Origin: Acaryochloris marina MBIC11017
Lineage (GTDB): Bacteria > Cyanobacteriota > Cyanobacteriia > Thermosynechococcales > Thermosynechococcaceae
Direction: 5' to 3'
NCBI RefSeq assembly: GCF_000018105.1
Contig: NC_009925.1
Span: forward strand, 990,001 to 1,022,000
Length of the DNA: 32,000 bases
The notes below the pieces were generated by a model that searched no databases, was not told the origin of the DNA, and worked only from the letters and a program-made list of their open reading frames with translations. A program made the position numbers and the translations under genes. Shown here piece after piece: positions 25,972 to 32,000 of this stretch (position 1 is the first letter of the stretch; each line of letters opens with the position of its first letter).

Positions 25972-26484
25972 ATGGTTTATGTCGCACTGGAATGGGACCA
26001 TAAAGTTGGACATCCACCTATTCAGTGGCTAGTGGTAGAGTGCTCTAGCCTTGGGGAAAAATTTGGTGGCCCCCAAGCCTTGCCTCCCAGAAGGGATGTG
26101 GCTTATTTTGTGGACGAAGAAACGGCCCAAGAAGATGCTCGGATGTTTGCGGACTACAAAAATACGATCAACTCTGATGATCCGTCTCTCGTCAAGCGAT
26201 ATTCAGAGTTATTGCACAAACAAGCGAATCTTCACCGTCATGTCCCATTTGCCTGGGATCATGACATGTTTAAGGGGTTGATTCGCTGGGCAGTTCTCGA
26301 ATGGGGAAAACCGGGTAGAGAAGATATGGCCTATTTTCTTGATCCAAAAATTGCCCAGGAAGATGCTAAGGCATTCAGCATTTTACGAGATAGAAGACTT
26401 TACTCTTCTGAAGAACAAATTCGTAAACTGTATGCAACGACTCATAAAGTTGCCGAACGTACAATTCATCCCGTCCATAGCTAA
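25972..26484 (+). CDS. hypothetical protein built from two tandem copies of an ~80-90-aa domain
   Basis: 170 aa. The halves align as WDHKVG..IQWLVVE...DVAYFVDEETAQEDARMF versus WDHDMFKGLIRWAVLE...DMAYFLDPKIAQEDAKAF. It is preceded by a very AT-rich ~230-bp tract. Confidence 0.6.
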   Translation: MVYVALEWDHKVGHPPIQWLVVECSSLGEKFGGPQALPPRRDVAYFVDEETAQEDARMFADYKNTINSDDPSLVKRYSELLHKQANLHRHVPFAWDHDMFKGLIRWAVLEWGKPGREDMAYFLDPKIAQEDAKAFSILRDRRLYSSEEQIRKLYATTHKVAERTIHPVHS

Positions 26485-26550
26485 CCAAAACCCTCTTTGG
26501 GCTGCCTTGAACTTCTAATCATTCAGACATGGCTGTGAGAGATCTACTTG

Positions 26551-26570
26551 AGCCATAGAATGGCTTTTTT
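26551..26570 (+). terminator. candidate intrinsic terminator downstream of the 170-aa ORF
   Basis: AGCCAT-AGA-ATGGCT hairpin (6-bp stem) followed by TTTTT. A second small GC hairpin plus T-run (GAGG-CAG-CCTC ATTTTTTT) follows at about 26578-26598. Both stems are short. Confidence 0.35.
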
Positions 26571-26695
26571 AAAGTTAGAGGCAGCCTCATTTTTTTGAGG
26601 CAATGGCTCTCAATAATATTGGATGCAACATTATTGAGAATTTGGTTTGCATTCTTTTATAAAAGGCTATATTAATAGTCTGATTTTTATGCATC

Positions 26696-27837
26696 TACTG
26701 CGGACGACTTGTGACTTAACATTGTGGTAGAGAGATTTGGCACACTGGGAGTATCCCCGCACCTATCCTCCACTCCCATGATTAAAATTGATTTCACCGC
26801 AGAGGAAATCCAACAACTCAATTACGAACGCTATCATCACCCTCACCCACGGGTGCAGCGACGGATGGAAGTGCTCTACTTGAAGAGTCAAGGTCTTTCC
26901 CATACCCAGATCTGCCAGCTTTGTCAGATTAGTCGCCCCACTTTAGCCAAAACTCTTCGTCAGTATCAACAAGGAGGGATTGAAGGGCTGAAGACCCTTG
27001 AATATAAAGGTCAACCGAGTCTACTCAACGCTCATAGCGATAGTGTGAGAGCTTACTTTGAGCAACATCCTCCCCGCACCAGTGCAGAAGCTCAAGCGGT
27101 CATTGAGCAATTAACAGGCATCAAACGCAGTCCCACCCAAATCAAAGCCTTCCTCAAACGCATCGGTTGTCGTTATCGAAAAGTGGGGTATGTGCCGGGA
27201 AAGTCGAGTCTGCCCGAGAAAATTGAGGAGCAAGAGCAGTTTCGACACACTCGCCTTGAACCCTTATTAGAGGAAGCTCAACGCCAAGAGCGTCTTGTCT
27301 TTTTTGTGGATGCTGCTCACTTTGTTCACCGTGCTTATCTAGGGTTTGTCTGGTGCATCACTCGGATCTTCATCCCTTCTCCTTCTGGTCGCCAACGTTT
27401 CAATGTCCTGGGCGCGCTCGACGCTATCACCAAAGACCTAGTCAGCGTTACCAACCACACCTATATCAATTCTCACAGTATGTGCCTGTTACTGGCCAAG
27501 CTGGCGCTACTTGACCCAGTCATACCCATCAGCGTGATTTTAGACAATGCGCGATACCAGAAATGTCAGCTTGTAACGGACTTTGCCGAGATCGTCGATA
27601 TTGAGCTGGTCTATCTGCCCTCCTATTCACGCCATTTGAATTTGATTGAGCGACTCTGGCGTTTTGTACGCAAGGAATGTCTCTATTCAAAGTATTATGC
27701 TGATTTTCCCGCCTTCAAAGGGGCCATTCAACAGTGCATCGACCAGTGTAATGGAGAGCATAAGGCGAAACTCACCACCTTACTATCACTCAAGTTTCAG
27801 TCTTTTAAGAAAGTTAATATCTTAGCCGCCTAGAGTA
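26696..27837 (+). mobile_element. IS630-family insertion sequence (~1.14 kb), ends tentative
   Basis: Single transposase ORF. There are imperfect terminal inverted repeats (left TA|CTGCGGACGACTTGTGACTTAAC, right reverse-complement TA|CTCTAGGCGGCTAAGATATTAAC), and both ends are flanked by TA, the usual IS630 target. Confidence 0.6.
26778..27833 (+). CDS. IS630 family transposase (HTH + DDE/DD35E-type domain)
   Basis: N-terminal HTH region (LSHTQICQLCQISRPTLAKTLRQYQQGGIEGL). The catalytic region has FFVDAAHF, ILDNARYQK and YLPSYSRHLNLIERLWRFVRKE. ATG at 26778 is preferred over the GTG at 26724. Confidence 0.85.
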   Translation: MIKIDFTAEEIQQLNYERYHHPHPRVQRRMEVLYLKSQGLSHTQICQLCQISRPTLAKTLRQYQQGGIEGLKTLEYKGQPSLLNAHSDSVRAYFEQHPPRTSAEAQAVIEQLTGIKRSPTQIKAFLKRIGCRYRKVGYVPGKSSLPEKIEEQEQFRHTRLEPLLEEAQRQERLVFFVDAAHFVHRAYLGFVWCITRIFIPSPSGRQRFNVLGALDAITKDLVSVTNHTYINSHSMCLLLAKLALLDPVIPISVILDNARYQKCQLVTDFAEIVDIELVYLPSYSRHLNLIERLWRFVRKECLYSKYYADFPAFKGAIQQCIDQCNGEHKAKLTTLLSLKFQSFKKVNILAA

Positions 27838-27859
27838 TCTATAGGTTATGCCTCACTGT

Positions 27860-28756
27860 TCAAACGTCGTTTTTTCCAACCAATAGCTCTAAGAAATTTT
27901 GGAGCACTGGATTTGCCGCATTCTGCCGCCAAGCGGCACCAAATTCAAGCTGAATCGGACAATCTTGTATGGGTCTACAAACGACATTCGTCCCCACCAA
28001 AGCTTGCAAACGATCCGATACAAAGGTAATTCCTAAACCTGCAGCCACCAGACATAGGCGTGTTTGCAACGTAATGGATTCTTTGATGATGTTGGGTTGA
28101 AATCCCGCTCTCTGGCAGACTTGTTGAAACCCGTCGTAAAGAATAGGCCCTTCCCTGCGAGGGTGAACGATAAGGGGTTCATTGGCAAACGCCTCTAGAG
28201 GGATGGCGTCTAAGTGAACGAAGGGATGCTGAGGCGGCAGTACTGCGACAAAACTTTCTGCCAAAATGATCTGCAACTGCAATCCCCGTTGATCGATGGG
28301 GGGATGCAAAAAAGCAACATCAATATTGTCCTGATTGAGGGCTGTTACTTGTGCTTCCGTTGCCAGTTCTCGCAGGTCTAGATCGACCTCTGGATAACGC
28401 TGGACAAATTGCCGTAGCAGTTGCGGCAGGACTGTTTGGGTTGCGGTTTTAGTAAACCCAATCGATAATTGGCCAATTTCACCATCCCCTGTGCGTCTGG
28501 TCAGTAGAATTGCCTGGTCCCTTTGCAGAAGCAGTTGTCGGGCTTGGTGCAAAAAGGTTTGCCCTGCATGGGTCAGAGTTACCGTCCGCTTGGTGCGAAA
28601 GAAGAGCTGCACGCCCACGGCTTTTTCCAAGACCAAAATCTGTTTACTCAGAGCTGGCTGAGTAATGTCTAGGCGATCTGCCGCTCGTCCAAAATGCAGC
28701 TCTTCGGCAAGGACGACGAAAGATTGGAGTTGCCGAAACTCTATAGAACATACCAT
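27860..28756 (-). CDS. LysR family transcriptional regulator
   Basis: N-terminal wHTH FRQLQSFVVLAEELHFGRAADRLDITQPALSKQILVLEK plus a C-terminal substrate-binding-like domain. ATG at 28756 is preferred over the TTG at 28768. Confidence 0.85.
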   Translation of the reverse strand: MVCSIEFRQLQSFVVLAEELHFGRAADRLDITQPALSKQILVLEKAVGVQLFFRTKRTVTLTHAGQTFLHQARQLLLQRDQAILLTRRTGDGEIGQLSIGFTKTATQTVLPQLLRQFVQRYPEVDLDLRELATEAQVTALNQDNIDVAFLHPPIDQRGLQLQIILAESFVAVLPPQHPFVHLDAIPLEAFANEPLIVHPRREGPILYDGFQQVCQRAGFQPNIIKESITLQTRLCLVAAGLGITFVSDRLQALVGTNVVCRPIQDCPIQLEFGAAWRQNAANPVLQNFLELLVGKNDV

Positions 28757-28861
28757 TAATAACTTCAAGCTATTAGTTTAATGCCAAAAATGAATTGGAC
28801 AATCTTTTTTCTTCTCGATAGGCTGTCAAGTGAGAACCCTAAGTTGCGGTGAAACGCAGAC

Positions 28862-30238
28862 ATGATCAGTCTTTTGAAATCTAAGGGGCTAAGGCGGGGG
28901 CTGTTAGCCGGACTAGGGATGCTCCTAGCACTGGTGATCTATGGCCTCCTCCAGCTGATTGAGCCAATTGGTATCACCCCCATCACTGCCAATGCAACAG
29001 TGCAATTTACGGGACAAGCCTTATTGGTGGCATCGGATGCCGATATGGTCGCCACTGCCTATGCCGACGCCCAACTCGATCGGGTTGCTGGAATAGAAGA
29101 TACGTTGACGGTTGTGGGACTGCCTCTAAATGCGAAACAACCTGCGATCTCATCGGTACAAGTGTCCAATTCAGTCATGTCCTGGCCTCAGATTATCGCC
29201 GTTTCCCCGGATGGTCAGCGAGCTTATGTTGCCGAAGTGCGATCTCGTCCTGCTGACGGCATTCAATCCTTCGACGATATTGACCAAATGCCTCCTGGGG
29301 AGAAGATTACCGTGGTTGATATAGCCGATCGTAGCCAACCGAAAGTGCTTGAAACCATCAAAGTCGGTCGCAATCCTGAACACTTAAGTCTCAGTCCTGA
29401 CGGGCGCTTTTTGGCCGTCAATTTAAATGAACCTGGCAAAGAATTGCTGATTGTCCAAATCAAGGCAGATGGAACATTAGGTCACCGCACCTACTTCCCG
29501 GTGAAGACAGTAGGAACCCGTGAGGATAATCAGACCGCGATTTGGCATCCTTCTGGGCAGTATTTAGCAATGATTCAGGCTAAGAATCGACGGCTAGGGT
29601 TTTATCGAGTGCAAACCGATAATGAAGAGATTAACCTTACTCCAGTGACTGACCCGCTTCCCTTGGGCAACCATCTAAGTCACCCTCGTTTTACTGCCGA
29701 TGGTCGTTTTGTTCTAGTCACAGATTTGAAATGGAGTCTACACACTATTCCAATTTTCAACCATTTGTTGAACCCCAAAGGTGAATTGATTGCCGTTCAG
29801 TTTGAGCCTGACTTAGGGAAAGCGCCCCAGGTCGTTTCAAGGGTTGAAGTGGGTCTAAGTCCCGAGGGATTTGCCCTCAATCCCGACAACTCCCTCATTG
29901 CCACGGTGAATATGCGGCGCACCTATTTACCCAATTTCCTACCCGCATGGCGAGGGAAACCCTACAGTTCCTTATCATTGGTCCCGTTTGATCCAAGCAC
30001 TGGCCAGCTCACCCAGAGTCAGGAGTATGGATTTGAAGGACTCTTACCCGAACAAGTCACGTTCGACACCAGCGGCAATGCCTTAGCCGTAGTGATATAC
30101 AACTACCGAGAACCCAGTCCTCAAACAGGGGCCATTGAATTTTGGGCTGTGAAAGCGGGCAAATCTCCAAAATTAGAGCGCACGGGTTACAAACTGGAGG
30201 TTGTCCGCGGTGCCCACGATATCGTCTTAGTCTCCTGA
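28862..30238 (+). CDS. exported/anchored beta-propeller protein (YVTN/lactonase-like repeats)
   Basis: 458 aa. N-terminal hydrophobic anchor or signal (LLAGLGMLLALVIYGLL). Blade-like motifs recur: VSPDGQRAYVAEV, LSLSPDGRFLAVNL, HPSGQYLAMIQ, FTADGRFVLVTDL, FALNPDNSLIATVN and FDTSGNALAVVIY. Confidence 0.65.
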   Translation: MISLLKSKGLRRGLLAGLGMLLALVIYGLLQLIEPIGITPITANATVQFTGQALLVASDADMVATAYADAQLDRVAGIEDTLTVVGLPLNAKQPAISSVQVSNSVMSWPQIIAVSPDGQRAYVAEVRSRPADGIQSFDDIDQMPPGEKITVVDIADRSQPKVLETIKVGRNPEHLSLSPDGRFLAVNLNEPGKELLIVQIKADGTLGHRTYFPVKTVGTREDNQTAIWHPSGQYLAMIQAKNRRLGFYRVQTDNEEINLTPVTDPLPLGNHLSHPRFTADGRFVLVTDLKWSLHTIPIFNHLLNPKGELIAVQFEPDLGKAPQVVSRVEVGLSPEGFALNPDNSLIATVNMRRTYLPNFLPAWRGKPYSSLSLVPFDPSTGQLTQSQEYGFEGLLPEQVTFDTSGNALAVVIYNYREPSPQTGAIEFWAVKAGKSPKLERTGYKLEVVRGAHDIVLVS

Positions 30239-30375
30239 ACAACTTGTAGATGACTTCAGTGGCAATGCAGCTCAGCAGATAATTCGCAAGATACAAACGT
30301 AGCCCTATTTCAAACTGTTCTACCCAGGTTCGTAGTGGGCCATCATAAAGGGGTTAAAGGGTTTTGGGCTAACCT

Positions 30376-30636
30376 GTGAAACATCTACTGATTCCCCTAT
30401 TTATTTTGGGGTGCATTAGCCTACTGACAGGCTACTTCCGGTTTATTGTCGATGACAAAGGCAATATTCCTATCAATCGTTTTCGACTGACGGGCTGTAT
30501 CGGTGATGTCCTAGTGGGAATGGTTCTGGGCACCAGCGATTTATGCGCTCGCCAACTATCGGACAAAGCGAAATCTGCTTTGTTGGTCTATGGAGGGATT
30601 GCTCTTTTTTTTCTAGGATTTCAACTGGGAACTTAA
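30376..30636 (+). CDS. hypothetical small membrane protein
   Basis: 86-aa ORF with a GTG start and two or three hydrophobic segments. No RBS or family recognised, so coding status is uncertain. Confidence 0.3.
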   Translation: MKHLLIPLFILGCISLLTGYFRFIVDDKGNIPINRFRLTGCIGDVLVGMVLGTSDLCARQLSDKAKSALLVYGGIALFFLGFQLGT

Positions 30637-30639
30637 GCT

Positions 30640-32000
30640 CTAAAGCGGTGGGCAGAGGTGGCGATGCTGATGTCCCTGAGCATTATTTTTTAGAAAATTT
30701 GAGATCCAACGACAAGCATATTCCTCTTCTTTTGTCTGTAGAAGTTTCGCCAAATTCCAGCGCATTAGGGTTTGATCATCGCTCGCAGACACTAAGGATT
30801 TCCCATCTGGACTAAATGTAATGCTACGGATCGCACGATCATGTCCAATTAAGGTTCGAAACAGCTTGGCTGGTGTCGAGCTTGAAAGATCAACCTGCCA
30901 GAGTTTGACCGTGTTATCCATCGCCGCAGATGCTAACCATTTGCCATCTGGGCTAATGGCGACCTCCCGGACCGCAGATTGATGTTCAGGCAGGGTTTGA
31001 ATTATTTGACCTGAAGCGGTCCACAGCTTGATATCGCTATCTTCTGAGGCCGATACAAACCACTGGCTGTTAGGACTTATGGCCACACTTTGAACAGCTG
31101 CACGATGCTTAGATAGCGTTGTTTTTAGGGTGCCATCCCTTGCCCACAGTTTTAGGGTCTTGTCGAGAGAAGCGGAAACGAACCATTGACCGTCGGGGCT
31201 AAAACTAACATCACGAACGGTGGCTTGATGTCCCTCTAAAATTTGAAAGGGAGCCTGTTCCAATTGCCCTTGATCATCAAATTGCCAGCGTTGAATCGTA
31301 TTATCGGCGGACCCTATCGCTAACTGGTGGCCATCGGGACTGTACTCTACTGACCATAGGCGGCTTGGCGTTGATCTTCGGGTGCGAAGTGAGCCATCGG
31401 CATTCCAGATATGAATATAGCCACCGCGATCCGTTGTCACGAGTTCTGGTTTGTTAGGGTGATAGGCCAACCCATGTAAGGGGCCACCCAATTCAGGCGA
31501 TGTGACTTGAGGCACGGCTTCAAAGGTTGTTGATGTCTGACGATGCCAGCGATAAATTTTGTGGCTAGGGGAAATCGCTGCTAGCTGCTGTCCATCCGAG
31601 CGATAGGCCACTTGACTGAGAAAATCTGTGGGGCCACCTAACCGTTGCCAGAAGGGATTGTTAAGCTGCCAATAGCGCACTGTTCCGTCTTCTGAAGAAG
31701 ACAATAAAAACTGACCATCCGGGCTAAATGTAACGGACCAAACGGTCGCTTGATGTCCCTTGAAGGTTCTCAATAACTGGCCATTTCGGTGCCAAAGTTT
31801 CACAGTTTTGTCGGACGACACTGAGGCGATTAGTTCACCATTGGGGCTAAACGCCATGTCTCGGATTAAGGCACCATGACCTGGTAACTCACTGACTAAC
31901 TTGCCATTTTTAGTCCTAATTCGAATTTTTTGATCCAGCCCCGTTGCTGCAATATAGTCCCCGTTTGGGCTTAATCGTATGATTCGCAATAATTCGGGAG
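30640..32000 (-). CDS. WD40-repeat protein, C-terminal part (5' end lies beyond the window)
   Basis: There are more than 9 repeats of the pattern GH...V..V.FSPDG..L.S.S.D.T.KLW. The reading frame stays open to position 32000 (..PELLRIIRLSPNGD..), so the listed TTG start is probably internal. Confidence 0.9.
   Translation of the reverse strand, partial: PELLRIIRLSPNGDYIAATGLDQKIRIRTKNGKLVSELPGHGALIRDMAFSPNGELIASVSSDKTVKLWHRNGQLLRTFKGHQATVWSVTFSPDGQFLLSSSEDGTVRYWQLNNPFWQRLGGPTDFLSQVAYRSDGQQLAAISPSHKIYRWHRQTSTTFEAVPQVTSPELGGPLHGLAYHPNKPELVTTDRGGYIHIWNADGSLRTRRSTPSRLWSVEYSPDGHQLAIGSADNTIQRWQFDDQGQLEQAPFQILEGHQATVRDVSFSPDGQWFVSASLDKTLKLWARDGTLKTTLSKHRAAVQSVAISPNSQWFVSASEDSDIKLWTASGQIIQTLPEHQSAVREVAISPDGKWLASAAMDNTVKLWQVDLSSSTPAKLFRTLIGHDRAIRSITFSPDGKSLVSASDDQTLMRWNLAKLLQTKEEEYACRWISNFLKNNAQGHQHRHLCPPL

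Noticed and set aside
26608-26639. 10-bp inverted repeat TCTCAATAAT...ATTATTGAGA with a 12-nt spacer, just left of the IS630 end.
   Set aside because: It could be a second terminator-like hairpin or part of the insertion target. It is AT-rich, lacks a T-run and has no second copy seen in the window.
1-32000. Looked for a CRISPR array, rRNA genes, a retron/DGR-type reverse transcriptase or a group II intron.
   Set aside because: I found no regularly spaced 25-40-bp direct repeats, no rRNA-like conserved blocks and no ORF with RT motifs (YxDD).

Overview
This window looks like a cyanobacterial chromosomal segment. The evidence is repeated HIP1 octamers (GCGATCGC), a Uma2/DUF820 gene, a WD40 protein and leuS. 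It divides into five parts.

(1) 0.8-10.9 kb is a glycan or envelope glycosylation cluster. It holds a SAM-methyltransferase, a GT2 and a GT4 on the minus strand. On the plus strand it holds a GT-B-like protein, a large GT-C (ArnT/PMT-like) membrane protein, and a tightly coupled trio of ArnC-like GT2, a 530-aa unknown protein and a UPF0104 'flippase-like' protein.

(2) 11.0-14.6 kb carries small accessory genes: a YCII/DGPF-like protein, a methyltransferase, an NTase-fold candidate, two unknowns and an alpha/beta hydrolase.

(3) 14.6-17.1 kb is leuS.

(4) About 17.3-20.65 kb is a sharply AT-rich island with a single 903-aa ORF. I read this ORF as a complete TM0106-type RecB/Cas4-like nuclease plus RNase H-fold exonuclease, fused in frame to an IS66-type zinc-finger/DDE transposase. 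This is the most unusual object in the window.

(5) 21.2-32 kb is a mosaic accessory region. It holds a HigB/HigA-like pair, Uma2, VapBC, a higB-like gene fragment with an orphan small ORF, DJ-1/PfpI, GNAT, a 1.2-kb coding desert, an internally duplicated 170-aa protein, an intact IS630-family element, a LysR regulator divergent from a secreted beta-propeller protein, and a partial WD40 gene.

I saw no rRNA, tRNA or CRISPR array. All family calls come from motifs read by eye, with no database search.
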